64,000 nucleotides of DNA from positions 3,100,001 through 3,164,000 of the forward strand of contig CM059433.1 in NCBI GenBank assembly GCA_030390025.1. Reading direction: 5' to 3'. The position numbers and the translations under genes were made by a program. This document shows positions 12,795-26,414 of the stretch, one piece after another (the stretch's first letter is position 1; the number at the start of each line of letters is the position of its first letter). Under the pieces are notes generated by a model that was not told the origin of the DNA, made no database searches, and worked only from the letters and a program-made list of their open reading frames with translations. This DNA comes from Squalus acanthias. Its lineage: Eukaryota.

Positions 12795-14249
12795 GGGGGG
12801 AATTTTAACATACTGGAGTGCGTGGGTTTGGGCGCGAGTCGGGGGTAAAAACCAGGGAAATTGACCGCATCAAGAATCCGGCTTCAACCCACCAACTTCC
12901 GCATTTAAATTGAGCACGTTAGGCTGCGTGCACGTAACCCCCTCGGGAGAGGCGGGTTGCCAATTAAAAATATGTTAATCGCTCAATTAGAGCGATATTT
13001 CAACTCACTTTTGAGTTTAACGTTGTTTCCACGGGTTTCCCGGTCTTCCTGAAACTCGCCAGTGAAAGCAAGGCGAGTACACAGCGGCAATTGAGGGGGT
13101 CAATCAATCTCGTGGAAATACGGTGATAAATACTGAGTGCTCACAGCTGCTTTCTTACCTGCGAGTGGGAAAGGGTTTGTTCACACTATATTTGCTGAGA
13201 GTTTACTTTCTACACTTTGGAGGTTTCCTCCACATTCTGGATGGGTGCTGCTTATGTCACCAGGTAGTTGGGAGTTCCCTGTCTCCCCATCTCCGACAGC
13301 CAGTGATGCAGAAACTGCACTGATCTCCAGCACCTCTTGCTCTGCAGTTGTTAGGTGAGAAATGCGTGGGTAGCCACCTCCTGTACTCCCCCTCTCCCTG
13401 GCGTTCCGTGCTCTTTTCTCCTGCGAGGAGGGAAGTAACAAACCTATGAGTGAGTGTAATGGCATGTGTTCAGCCGATGGATGCGGTGTATTTGGTGAGG
13501 ATGACTATCAGCAAGAGGCGTCAAATTGCATAAGGACGAGGGTGAGTGGCTGTGGTGGACGGATAGATGGGGGTGTGAGGAAGTGTATAGACAGAGAAGG
13601 ATGGGTGCACCTTCAAGGTAAGTGGGTTTGAGGAGTGATGGGATGGAGTAGGCTTGAGGAGACAGAGTGAGGGGTTGGGGTGATGCACACAGCAGGATGT
13701 AGGTGAATGCGCAACTGGACTCTCCTTTCCTCACCTGGTTCGGTCATTAAAACGCTTCCTGCACTGAATCCAGGAGCGTGACACTACGCTCCTGCTGCTG
13801 ACCTCCTGGGCCACCTCCAACCACGTCTCCTTGGTGTCAGCAGCAGGTTTCTTCCTCCCATTGTTGGGGAATGGTACACCTCTGCAACTCCTCACAGCCC
13901 CCAGCAGCTCATCAGAGGAGGCATCATTAAAGCGGGCCACAGCCTTTTGAGCATCCAAATTCCATTCTGAGTGTTCTTCCTCGATTGGTTCGAACTCCGA
14001 ACTCCTCCAAATTGCATCTTTGGATTGGCCCTTTAAATACTGGAGTTGAGATCATGTCATGCGGGTCCACATCATGGCCCCTGCCGGTGATTAGACGCCA
14101 AACCCAGAAGTAAAATGATAATGAGGCGGCTGAGTTAAAAAGCCACTGATAGACATGCTGAACTTACTTCCGGGTATTCCACGCAATATCGGACCGTCCC
14201 CCGCCCCCCACCTCGGCTCCAAGCGCGTCTCCCAATTAATATCGGGGCC
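12795..14249 (-). mobile_element. PIF/Harbinger deletion derivative carrying Myb/SANT gene exons
   Basis: Ends GGGGGGAATTTTAAC and TAATATCGGGGCC resemble those of the 32389-33205 MITE. Exon 13731-13958 reads RFNDAS...W.EVAQEVSSRSVVSRSWIQCRKRFND; next exon EKRARNARERGSTGGG near 13310-13430. Confidence 0.75.
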
Positions 14250-16059
14250 AACGTGTCCACTCCACCGATTGCTGGGGCTTTGAAACGTTTGCTGCATTCG
14301 ACTCACAGGCACTTTAATCAACTGAATTCCACCCAACATTAGACAGACAGACCGTAAATTGTCTGAAAGCACCACTCTGCTGCTCAATTGTATATTTCAT
14401 TCTCTTTCATAGAAAATTGCAGAGTTCGGTTGTTTAACTAAATCAGTACAACGACAGACAAGAGTAGAATAAAGTAAGAAATTCATTACAAGATTATTTT
14501 CAGCATGCACATAATTTTAATCTACTCTTTACTTATAGTTTATTCTTTATTTCTGATTTGAAAATTTAGATATTTCTTACATATATGACAGCAAACACTG
14601 AAACCACTAATTGGTTCATGGGTTCCCACATGCTGGAACTCAATTGCCCAATTAAGTGAAAATTGCATCAATCTCCCACATCCAATTGCAGTCGGGTGGA
14701 TAACACGAAATGTGGATGACACGACCCCAACCCGCCCCAGTATCAAAATCCAGCCCATAGGTTCTAATGTTGCGGATCTATAAATCAGTCTTTCAAAATC
14801 CAGGTGTAGCCGTTCAGTAAATTGACTGTACAAATCCACTGCTCTGCTTAATCTTCTACAGTTTTTCTCTATTTGGAGTTGGATTAACCTCCTTGGCCAT
14901 TACTTGTCTAGTTAAATAACTGTTAAGCCATTGGAGAGGTACCAATTGCCTAGATTTCTCCCGGTAAGACTCATAAAATCCTATTTTACAAACTCCCAAG
15001 TCGAAAACTGAAGTAATATTTGCATTTCTGCTGACCTCCACTTCCAATGTGAGATTAACACCCCAGTTTCCAAAAAATGAAAAGCATCTTCCCAATCGTA
15101 AGATGCTGGTCTTGGCCATACCATGGAAGGAGCCACTGAGTAGAGCAAGGAGAAAGTGTCACCTTGGCAACTCGCACAAGACTCCGAGTAGAACATCAGG
15201 CAGTGGTGTTGTTGACTTCTTCTGACTGAGTGACGTACTCTGGTTTACATTATATATATGGTGCTATATAAATGGAAGTTGCTGCTGCTGTCATAGCATG
15301 ACCGTGGCCTTTTGACAATGCTGCTGTCATGATCTTTGTGGCTAAGGCAGGTAACGCCGCCTCTGGAAGTAATGTCATACTGAATACCAATGTATTTTGC
15401 AAGATAGACATCTTCTCAAGAGATTAGAAACACATTTTTTATCATTGTAAAGATGCATAGTAGGTCTGAGTACTTGCTTATAATCTGCTCTTGGAAGGGT
15501 TTTGAAAATTAAGTCATCAATTATGTTCTGAGGCTCTTAATCCCCTTTGCCCATAAGACACATAGAAGAATGTCTCAAAATGCACAACGCAGGTAAGTGA
15601 GAGTGAAAGAATCTTGTATTGTAGAAAAGTAATCCACTCATTTGTAGTAAATGTCTATGTACCATATACAGAATGAACTCCTTCCCACTTGATGTATGCC
15701 TTGACATTGTAGGATATGCATGCAACATTCCAGGATCCTTAATATTCCGTAAACAGTATCAACTGTTGTTGAGTTTCTATGGGATGTTGGTCAGTTCTAG
15801 GGACCCATAAAATGGCATACCCTTTTCATCAAGGTGTTTGTGGCTTGCTGCGTGCAATGCAATATCGTTCACTGATTCATGCGTGCATAATTCTCAAACA
15901 CACTCAAAGAGAATTGCATATCATTCAACAACATCTTGTAACTATTGATAGAACTGTAGTCCCACAACCAACAGATAAGAGCAAAGCTCTGTAGCTCTAT
16001 CACATCTAGTTGAGATTGGTGAGTGACAAAGCAGACAATTAATAGGAAGAGGAGGCTCC

Positions 16060-16427
16060 ATGGTAGAGGTGTATAAGATTATGATGGGTTTGGATAGGCT
16101 AGACAGGGAAAGGCTGTTCCCACTAGTTGATGGTACAAGGACTAGGGGACACAGATTTAAGGTTTTGGTCAAGAGATACAGGGGGGACGTGAGGAAAAAC
16201 TTTTTTACACAGCGAGTGATGATGACCTGGAATGCGCTGCCGACGGAAGTGGTGGAAGCGGAGACACTCAATGTTTTCAAGGGGAGATTGGATAGGCACT
16301 TGAGGGATATAAATTTGCAGGGCTACGGGGATAGAGCGGGGGAATGGGACTGACTGGATTGCTATGCAGAGAGCCGGCATGGACTCGATGGGCCGAATGG
16401 CCTCCTTTTGTGCCTTTATGACTCTAT
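16060..16427 (+). mobile_element. CR1 LINE 3' end
   Basis: VEVYKIMMGLDRLD...RTRGH...FFTQRV...WNALP; 3' UTR hairpin and (TATGACTC)n tail, interrupted by a MITE. Confidence 0.88.
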
Positions 16428-18979
16428 GGGGGAGAAATTCAGTATCGCCCCATTTGGGGCGCAATTATCGGCCGGGCGCAAAGATTAGCGCCTGGCACTA
16501 ATTATCGCCTCCGACTGCAAACTTGACTTTTATCGCCCCTGGAGGTGATTGGAGCGCTAAATCAGGCGCTTCACACTTGTCTTAAGGAGCAAAGGCCGAG
16601 GAGCGAGGCGCTACCTCAGAGCGCTGCCGAAGCTCGTGATGTCAGTCAGCAATGGAACACAGACACACTGGCGCCGGCCAGTTCTTAAAGGGGAGGGTCA
16701 ATCTTACTCTCCATCCACACCCTGCTCATTGCAGCCTTGAATCGCGGCCTGGAGAGACCGTGCACATCAAATCTGTTGGAAAGAGCTCAGACTGCAGCCC
16801 CCTATTTTCTCTTCTAAATCAATGCAAGGAAGATCAAGTCAGAAAGAACCTGCAAAGTGCTGCTCAGTACCCAAAACTCCTCAACACAGCTTTGAATATC
16901 TCCTGCAGTCTCTCTCTCTCTCTCTCTCTCTCATGAGGAATGCGTGGTGCAAAAATTTCACCAAAAAAAAAAGGCAGGAAGCAGTCGCCTTTAAATAGCG
17001 CACCCCCAGTCCCTTCCCAACTGTAAAACGCTCCCCTCAACCTGTCGTTGCTAGTGGCAGGCGGTAAGACAGGGGGCGTCACTCAATATCCGATCCGGGG
17101 CGCTACCGGGGCGTTGCACTCTCGACTGACGTCACGATCTGCCGGCACAGGAGATCGTGGCGGTAGTGTTTAGCGCCGCCGCAAAATGTCTTGTGTAAGG
17201 GGGCGTGTCTCAGATGGTGCTGGTGCGAGGTTAGGCCTTCGTTGCCTAATACTATTGCTTGCTCTGGTCTCCGGCCAGCCTTTTTGCAATAAGCACCTGT
17301 GAGTGGTTCGACCCACTCGCCCTTATGGTTCTAACACTGGACTTAGGTGCAGGGAGCAGTAATGCAGAGAAAAACTCAAATAGACTCGGTCGAATAGTAC
17401 GAAATGGAAACCTTTATTGCATGGCGTCTAAAATCATGAAATACATGTCATAGGCGCAAATCAAAGATAGTACAAGTATACATACATTCATAAAACTTGG
17501 TCTATGGAAATGGAGAACACACGGCACATCGTAAAAAGGGGAACACATTATATCTTAACCTTATTAAAACCACCCTCCCTTATCAATACCTACACTACGT
17601 CTAGATTTGTAGGATCGGAAAACATGCTCACCACTCGTGTTACTTCGGAGGTTTTTAAAGTGAGGCACTCGGCTCGTTTCGCTGCAGCGCCTGACTGTCA
17701 CGTGTTTGGAAGGGTCTCTGCACCCCACTTGTTTACTTTCGCTGCTGCGAAAAGCAGGCCAGACTCCCTGTTGTCATGAAGAACTCGACAGAACTCGGAA
17801 CGTTTGTAAAATTCAAAGAAGAGTCTTCCTGTGTGCGATACAGGTTATAGTCTGTAGAACTCAAAGAAGAGTCCTGTATTTATATTTTCGGGCGCGGTCG
17901 GGGTTTACTGACCGTGGCGGCACGTGAAATTTCTTCTCCTCTTCTTCTCGTCTCGTCTCTTCGGGCCTCCGGGTCCAGACACCGTTTACCGACACTCGGG
18001 ATGGTGTACCCTGTTACTTGCCCTTGTCGGGGCGGCTCGTACCGATTGAGCTCCACCCAACACTCGAATCACCGACCAGTACGGCTAAGAGTCAAGAGTC
18101 AACAAAGTCCAGAGAGAAAATCAAGAGGCTGCTCGTCCGGCAGAGTGATACCAGAGGATAAGGATAAGAGTTCAGCTCGAGTCAAGAGTCAGCAGAGATA
18201 AGAGAATAAGAGACCGATGGACATTTGTTCTCTATAGTTATAGTGAGGTGTCCTCCTTATCTCCCGCTCAAATCTTAATGTTTGTCCTTTGTGTAATATT
18301 TGGCGCTCAAAACTCCCAGCATGGGGCGATTATCTTATTTAACGGGTTTCGGTAGCACCTGAAACTGGCCAACTATCCGTTAATGTTTTCCCCATTGTTG
18401 ACCCAGCCAGGATGTGTATGAATCGTCTCCCTGACTGGTTTTGGGGGCCCCCGAATACCGACTTAATCACCCGTCAATGTCTCTCTCATTGTAGAGCCGG
18501 GGGGGGTATTTGTGTATTGATGTGTCTGGATGGGCCTTTGATTGCCCAGTTCAATGATCCTTACTGTACATAGGAAAACGATTCCAGCACTTATATCTTT
18601 GCTATTGTTCCAAATGCAAACGGGTTGCATCCTGTCTTTATCAGTGTTTACCGAGTATGACCCAATCTTATACTGAATGTATATTCGACGCCATCTTGTC
18701 TGCCCACTGTATTTCTGGAAGCTTCTGCCACGATGCGCGGCGGCCATTTTACAGGCTTCTGTGTCCTTTATTATCAGGACAGCATTTCGTTTAAATAAAC
18801 TGATCAAACGAATCTGCCTCTCTTGTGTTATTTTGAATCGCGATAATTGCGAAACTTTACACTAGTTAATTTCGTGAGCGGCGCAAACATCGCCGCGCAC
18901 GGGCACTAGTTGCTTTGCGCCCCATTAGCGCCCTCTTAAGGTGCTAACGGGAGGCGCAAACCAACCGAATTTTTCCCCC
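16428..18979. mobile_element. Harbinger-type MITE (~880 bp) interrupted by a solo LTR
   Basis: TIRs GGGGGAGAAATTC / GAATTTTTCCCCC; 3-bp TSD TAT; removing it restores the CR1 tail seen near 31169-31191; uninterrupted inverted relative at 59384-60276. Confidence 0.85.
17194..18861 (-). mobile_element. Solo LTR (1668 bp), more diverged subfamily of the Gag/Env family
   Basis: TG...CA ends; minus strand starts TGTAAAGTTTCGCAATTATCGCGATT; shares AAAATGGCCGCC, CACTATAA, GGTGAGCATG, AATAAA and CCACTCACAG motifs; TSD CTTG/CTAG (3 of 4). Confidence 0.9.
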
Positions 18980-18989
18980 TATGACTCTA

Positions 18990-19820
18990 TGAACATCCCC
19001 ATCCTCAACCATGCTACAGTCCAGCACATGAGTGCAGGAGACAAGGCCTTAGTGTCTCCAAGTGTCTTCAGCCAAAAGTGTTGAGTGGATGATGTTACTC
19101 AGCCCTCTCCCGCGATCCGCAACAATTTAATTATCAGTCACCAGCCAATTCGATTCACTCTACGTGACATTAAGAAGTGGCTGAGTTCACTGGACACAGC
19201 AAAGGCTATCGGCCCGGACAGCTTGCTGGCTGTAGTGCTGAAGACCTGTGCAGTAGATCAAGCTGTTCCAGTATAGCTATGACACTGGCAATAACCCAAC
19301 AATCTAGAATGTTTCCCAAGTATGTTATATCAACAAAAAAGAGGATAAATCCTGGCTAGAGTCATACCTAACAAAGGAAAATGGCTGTGCTTGTTGGAGG
19401 CCCATCATCACAGCTGCTGGGAATCATGGCAAGAATACCTCAGGAAAGTGTCCTCATTCCAACAATGTTCAGATGCTTCATCAATGGCCTTTTCTCCATC
19501 ATAAGGTCAGGAGTGCGACAGTTTGCTGGCAATTCCACAGTGTTCAGCTCCATTCACAACTCCTCCAATAATGAAGCAGTCCGTGTCAGCCAACAGCAGG
19601 ACCTGGATAACATCCAGGCTTGAGCCAACAATAGGTAGGTGGCATCCATGAACAAGAGAAGGCTCAGCCATCTCTCCTTTAACCATTAACAGCACCACCA
19701 TTGCAAGTCCCCCACCATCAATACCTTTGACCAGAAGCTATATTGGACCAGCACTATCATCACCGTGGCAACAAGAGCAGGGCAGAGGCTGGATACTCTG
19801 TGACAAGGATGGACGTAGTC
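18990..19820 (+). mobile_element. Degraded CR1/L2-group LINE RT fragments
   Basis: LDTAKAIGPD, IPQESVLIPTMFRCFIN and QQDLDNIQA remnants with many stops and deletions. Confidence 0.65.
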
Positions 19821-19894
19821 ACAACAACACTCACAAGCTTCTGACTTAGAGTTGAGAGTGCTACAATTGAGCCAAAGCTGGCATCTATTTAAAC

Positions 19895-21034
19895 TTGAGA
19901 GGTCGCACAACACCAGGTTATAGTCCAACAGTTTTATTTGAAATCACAAGCTTTCGGAGCTATCGATTACTCCTTCCTCAGGTGAAGTAAATTAGATACA
20001 GAATCGCCAAAGCATATATAGATAGAAAACAAAGCATGTGTACCTTACAATTGCAGACCACTAAATTAAATCATCCTGACTATCTGCCGAGGTGTGATAA
20101 AGTTAATTAAGTCAGCCAGGAAGGTACCACATCAAAGACATAGCAAGATACAACTGAGACAATGAGGTGTAGTCGCAGGGGTTCTAACGTGTCAAAAGCT
20201 GCCGTCTGTATGTAAAACGAAAAGCTTTAAAATTTTTACTTTTTTACTGGGAAAATGTTTACTTTTTTACTGGGAATTACATCTGTGAACAAGCTAACGA
20301 CGACTCGAGTCCGGATCACGTCATGTATTGTGACATAAACCCAAGATCCCAATTGAGACCGTCTTCATGAGTGCGGAACTTGGCTATCAGTTTCTGCTCG
20401 ATGATTTTGCGTTGTCGTGTGTTTCTAAGGTTGCCTTGGAGAACGCTTACCCGCAGATCCGAGGCTGAATGTCCTTGACTGCTGAAGTGTTCGCCGACTG
20501 GGAGGTAACAATCCTGCCTGGCGATTGTTGCGCGGTGCTCGTTCATACGTTGTCTCAGTGTCTGCATGGTCTCGCCGATGTACCATGCCGCGGTGCATTC
20601 TTTCCTGCAACGTATGAGGTAGACAACGTTGGCCGAGTCACATGAGTATGTACCATGTACCTGGTGGGTAGTGTCCTCACGTGTGATGGTGGTATCTGTG
20701 TTGATGATCTGGCATGTCTTGCAGAGTTTGCCATGGCAGGGTTGTGTGGTGTCGTGGTCGCTGTTATCCTGAAAGCTGGGTAATTTGCTGCGAACGATGG
20801 TACTTCTGAGGTTAGGCGGCTGTTTGAAGGCAAGTAGTGGAGGCGTGGGGATGGCCTTAGCGAGGTGTTTGTTGTCATCGATGACATGTTGAAGGCTGCG
20901 AAGAACATGGCGTAGTTTCTCCGCTCCGGGGAAGTACTGGACGACGTAGGGTACCCTGTTGGTTGTGTCCCGTGTTTGCCTTCTGAGGAGGTCTATGCGA
21001 TTTTTCGCTGTGGCCCGTCGGAACTGTTTAACTG
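19895..21034 (-). mobile_element. 5'-truncated Penelope-like element with GIY-YIG endonuclease remnant
   Basis: VVYLIRC...YIGETMQTLRQRMNEH...VGEHF...EQKLI...GLN across 20316-20640; 10-bp TSD CTATTTAAAC (19885-19894, 21035-21044); hammerhead motif at 19944-19985. Confidence 0.9.
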
Positions 21035-21190
21035 CTATTTAAACAGCAGTTGTTAACTGATGAAATTAGTACACCTAAGGTTACAAAGGGAATTGAAGTG
21101 AATCACAGTAATTCAGCATCTGGGCTCTAACTTTTTACAAGTTATTACAGTCATTACAAGGCATTACAGTTACACGGAGATAAAATCAAT

Positions 21191-22258
21191 GGGGTAGAGT
21201 TTCCGTTTTGGGCGCCATCGGCGATTCCGTTGCAAATTGCGGCCATTTTGAAAAGTGCTATTTTTCCACGGGTTTCCGCTCAATCTCATTTGCATATCGC
21301 CAGCGCAAAATCTGCCACGAACCAGCGCAACCGGGCAGCGTTTTAAACATAATTTTTAAAAAAAATTTGGTTTAAATAAATATTCCTTGAGATATTTAAA
21401 AGTGGTAACTTGATCAAGTTTGATTAATGCAGCTGAAAATGGGTTTATCACAAAAAAAACCTTTTAAATCAGCGTGTCAATCCACCACCTGTGAGTAACC
21501 CAATTTTAAATGACTGAAAATGACATTTAAAAAATATATAAAACTATTTCCTAGTTAGATTGGGGTACAGTAGTCAGTTCCTTAATAAATCAAGATGTGG
21601 AGATGCCGGTGTTGGACTGGGGTGGACAAATATGAGAAGTCGCACAACACCAGGTTATAGTCCAACAGCTTTATTTGAAATCACAAGCTTTCAGAGCGCT
21701 GCTCCTTTGTCAGGTGAAGTGACGAAGGGGCAGCGCTCCGAAAGCTTGTGATTTCAAATAAAGCTGTTGGACTATAACCTGGTGTTGTGCGACTTCTCAC
21801 ATTAATAAATCAAAACCTTGAAAAATGTACCTATTGGTGTCCTTGCGCCCAAAACTTCCAGCTTAATTTTTGGAGCCTCCTCGAAGACCTGCAAACGAGC
21901 GCCGTTAGCGGAGACTCCCAATGGTGATTCATTCACCCTGGGGGTGTGGCCAGTGTTGTGGGCGGGGTCGGCTTCTAGCCGGGTGATGGCGAATCAGCAG
22001 CCCATTTTACATCTCTCCCGATTTGGTATTTCCATTGAAGTCAAATGAAAATAAAAATCGGGAGAATCGGGACAGATATAAAATGGGCTAAAATAACAAC
22101 AGAAAGTGTTGGAAAACTCAGCAGGTCAGGCAGCATTGAGAGAGAGAAACGGAGTCAATGTTTCGGGTCGAACCCTTCGTCAGAACGGGCTTCGTCATAA
22201 AATGGGCTAGTGATTCACTAACTTGTTTTACACTGTTGCATAAAATAAAAATTACCCT
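21191..22258. mobile_element. Harbinger-type MITE-like element with nested Penelope pieces
   Basis: Ends GGGGTAGAGTTTCC and AAAATTACCCT resemble the other GGGG-A-AAATT termini; TSD not resolved. Confidence 0.5.
21594..21801. repeat. Palindromic Penelope terminal insertion (80-bp arms, 7-nt spacer)
   Basis: 21633-21712 is the near-perfect reverse complement of 21720-21799; TSD TTAATAAATCAA at 21582-21593 and 21802-21813. Confidence 0.9.
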
Positions 22259-24633
22259 CCTTTATTTTATACAACCTCGTCCTTCTCAGTCGGTGTAGTG
22301 GAGTCAGATGTCTGGTCTCCATATGAGAGCCTCGTGCTCACCTCATTTTTGTAGTATTTCTTCCTTCTGTCAAAATCTATTTTTTTCCTAGTAGAATTAA
22401 TTTGGTTTCTGTTCTCAGCCAGTTAATTCTTACATGCAAGTGGCACACTAGATACTTGCCCATATCTTATTTGATTTCTTATCCTAGAAGTTTCACCCTT
22501 AACACTTTCTCAGCTTGGAAGTCCTGCTTCACAAGATTCTCTCTTCAACCTTCTGAACTTTACTCCAGATTGACCCAGCCTCTGCAGCCTTTGAGGATTG
22601 ATGTGACTCTCATCTCAGTAAAGCTGCTGTTCCTGAGGGACCCACTGCCGATTACCATTCTTTCACAGTTCCAAGGCGTGCTGGGCTCAGGCCTCAATCG
22701 TTCTCAGGTGTTGGCATTGGAGACAGCCTTAAAGAGGTAGATGTGCTGTCACTATCATGAGACGATGATCTGTTACCATTCTTTGCGGGCCACTGATGCA
22801 AGGTACAGGCTCACGTGTGCTACGAGTCAGTTTTATTACAGATGACTAGTCCTGATTAATTCTTGGAAACCCTGTGAAAGTGTTGTGCTTGGGTTGACCC
22901 TCAAAGTATCTATGGAAGCAATGGTAGCTTCCACTCTGTAATCCACCAATGCCCATAGAACCTCCCCCTGCCACTTTGTCACCACATTAATCTCCTGGAC
23001 TGTCATTCTCTACAAGGAATTCTGCATGACCAGCAAATTTCCTGCAATGTGTTGCAGATGTGTGCAGTGGATTCTTCCCACTTCTCTACCAACTCAGAAT
23101 GGAAACAGTCTCCATTCAGCTAAGACTGGGGTCTTTAGATCGTAAATAGTGAAGGCAGAATGGAAGGAGAGGAGGCCCCTACAAGGTTCTTTCCCTTCAT
23201 GGGAGCACCGTAGGGCCAATGTCATCACTTCCCTGGCCTACCCGCACTTTCCCCATGGTGGCCCATGAAAGCGTCGGTAACATGGGTGGACAGGAAGGAG
23301 GTCCTCCAGGGACCCGGGGCCCACCCCCTGCTGTTTACATGTGGTGGGTAGGGAATTGAAGAATGGACGGCCTTTAAAGAGGAGATGCTTTGGTTACAGT
23401 CGAGGTACATTCCCACGAGGGGGAAAGGTAGGGCAACTAAAGTCAGAGCTCCCTGGATGACAAAAGAGATAGAGAGTAAGATGAAGCAGAAAAACAGCAC
23501 GAATGACAGATGTCAGGTTGAGAATACAAGTGAGAATCAGACCGAAATATAAGAAGTTCAGAGGGGAAGTGAAAAGAAAATAAGAGGGGCAAAGAATGAG
23601 TATGAGAATAAAAGGTAATCCAAAAGTCTTCTATAGGCATATAAATAATAAACGGGCAGTAAGAGGAGGGGTGGGACCGATAAGGGACCAAAAAGGAGAC
23701 CTACGCATGGAGGCAGAGGACATGGCTGAGGTACTAAAGGAATACTTTGCATCTGTCTTCACCAAGGAAGAAGATGCTGCTAAAGTCATAGTAAAAGAGG
23801 AGGTAATTGAGATACTGGATGAGATAAAAATTAATAGAGGTGGTACTAGAAAAGCTGTCTGAACTTAACATTGATAAGTCACCAGGACCGGATGAGATGC
23901 ATCCTAGGATGCTGAGGGAGGTTAAGGAGGAAGTTGTGGAGGTACTGGCCATAATCTTCCAATCCTCCTTAGATACGGGGGTGGCACCAGAGGACTGGAG
24001 AATTGCAAATGTTACAACATTGTTCAAAAAAGGGTGTAAGGATAAACCCAGGAACTACAGGCGAGTCAGCTTAACCTCAGTAGTGGGGTAGCTTTTAGAA
24101 ATGATAATCAGGGACAAAGTTAACAGTCACTTAGACAAGTGTGGATTAATTAAGGAAAGCCAGCACGGATTTGTTAAAGGCAAATCGTGTTTAACCAACT
24201 TGATCGAGTTTTTTGATGAGGTAACAGAGAGGGTTGATGAGGGCAATGCAGTTGATGTGGTGTACATGGACTTCCAAAAGGCGTTTGATAAAGTGACACA
24301 TAATAGACATGCCAGCAAATTTGAAGCCCATGGAATAAAAGGGACAGTGGCAGCATGGATACAAAATTGGCTAAATGACAGGAAAAAGTAGTGGTGAACG
24401 GTTGTGGGCCGCGAGCCCGTTGCTGTCTTCATCCCGCTGAAAAAAAAATATTGCCGTAATGGGCCTTGTTAAGCCCACCCAGCGCATTACCCGGCCTAAT
24501 TAAAAAGTGCGGGTCTGGTGACATCAGTGCTGACGCATTTGGTGCCGGTATATTTAAAGGGGCCATGGCCCCAATTGATCTCACTTCTGATCTTGACAGG
24601 CTGCAGTGCTGACATTGCTTGCTGGAGGTGAGA

Positions 24634-24880
24634 ATGACTTCCCAGAGGCAGAGGGTTGCTCCTCACTTCAGTGATGACTCCCTCCATGATCTTGTGGAGG
24701 GAGTCAGAGCATGTAGGGAGGTGTTCTTCCCGGCCAGTGGGCGGAAAAAAAACTCCCCAGGAGACCAAGGCAGCCTGGCTGCAGATAGCAGAGGAGGTAA
24801 CCAGCAGGTGTGTGGTGATGCGGGCCTGGATGCAGTGCCGCAAGCTCTTTAATAATCTTCTAAAATCAGGAAAAGTGCGT
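24634..24880 (+). pseudogene. Harbinger Myb/SANT DNA-binding protein exon 1 (frameshifted)
   Basis: MTSQRQRVAPHFSDDSL...then in another frame AAWLQIAEEVTSRCVVMRAWMQCRKLFNNL. Confidence 0.8.
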
Positions 24881-25219
24881 ATAAAGCCACACTTACTTTT
24901 ATGCTGCTGTGCCTGTCATCACATCCCCATCACTCTGCATTCCCAACCCTACTCCTGCACATCCTTACTCACACCAACATACCTTGCACCTCCACCCATC
25001 CCTCTCTCTCCATCTACACTGAAACTTTGCGGTCCTTGCCAAATGTGTGTGCACAATTGGAAGTGGCAGAGTGAACAGTCAGGGCTAATTTAATCTCCAG
25101 CAATGGTGGGGACAGTGAAAAGAAAGGACTGGTCATTGTAGGGATGCTTTATGGTGTTGCTGTGGGCTGATGCCAATCTGCCTACGCATGTGCCAGCCAC
25201 ATGTCTGTGCTGCGTAAAG

Positions 25220-26414
25220 TTAACTAAATCTGGCCATGATGAGGCGATCCCTGGCCTCATGGGCAGCAATGTGGTCATGTACTGGTGGCATTTGGACCGT
25301 CAGCTCCTCCAGGTCTTCCTCATCCTTATCTTCATCCTTATGCTCCTCCTCCTCTGAAGAGGCTGTGCACTCTGCGCCTTGTTCCTCATGCGGCGTTAAT
25401 CCTCGCTGCTGCGCTATGTTGTGCAGCGCGCAGCAGACAACGATGATTCTGGAGACCCTGGCTGGTGCGTACTGAAGGGCTCCTCCAGATCTGTCCAGGC
25501 ATCTGAAGCGCATTTTACGCAACCTTATTGTCTGTTCTATAACACTCTGGTGGAGATGTGGCTTTGATTATAATGTCCCTCAGGCTCATTTGTTGGCCTC
25601 CTCAAAGGTGTCATGAGCCACGTCTTCAGTGGATAGCCCTTGTCTCCAAGCAGCCAGCCAGGAATACTGTTTGGAGGTGCGAAGAACTGAGGGATGGTGG
25701 ACTGGTGCAGCACGAAAGAGTCATGGCAACTGCCAGGAACTTGGCGCACACACGCCTGATGATCTTCCTATGGTTGCAGACCAGCTGCACATTGAAGGAG
25801 TGGAAGCCCTTGCGGTTGACAAAGACTGCTGGGTTCTGATGGGGTGCCCTGATGGCCCCATGTGTGCAGTCGATGATGCCCTGCACCCGTGGGAAGCCAG
25901 CCAGAGCCGCAAAGCCGAGCGCACGCCCAGCAACACTGGCTTCATCAGTGGCAAAGTTAATATAATTGTCGGATTTGTCAAAGAGGGCATCGGTGGGTGG
26001 CCGACTGCGAGATGCCGCAAATGTCTGCTGCAGATGCCTGGAAGGAGCCTGAGGTGAAGAAGCTGAGGGCAAGGGTGACTTTGACAGCTACTGGTAAGGG
26101 GTGTCCACCCATTCCTCTGGGCTGTAGCTCTTGCTCCAGCAATCTGCAAATGTGTGCGACGGCCTGGCACGATAGCCTGAGCCTCCTGAAGCACTGCTGC
26201 TCAGTTATGTTGAGGAAACTCATCCTCTGCCTGTAAACCTGTGTTGGGGGTACCACCTCCGGCGCGGTCCAACCCTGCACTGATGCCCTCTGCCCTGTGC
26301 AGCATAAGGTGGTTGAGGAGAAGGTTGGCACTCTTGTTGTTGGTGCTGCTGGTGTTGCAGCTGATTGTGGTCAGATTCTGAGGGCCAAGGTGAGAGGGTA
26401 TAAACCATACCCAT
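25220..26414 (-). pseudogene. HARBI1-like Harbinger DDE transposase (frameshifted)
   Basis: [54 protein letters not shown] motifs spread over several frames. Confidence 0.92.

Noticed and set aside
25220..26414. Host HARBI1 gene
   Set aside because: Frameshifted, paired with a Myb gene and a TIR, and multi-copy in the window: transposon, not the domesticated gene.
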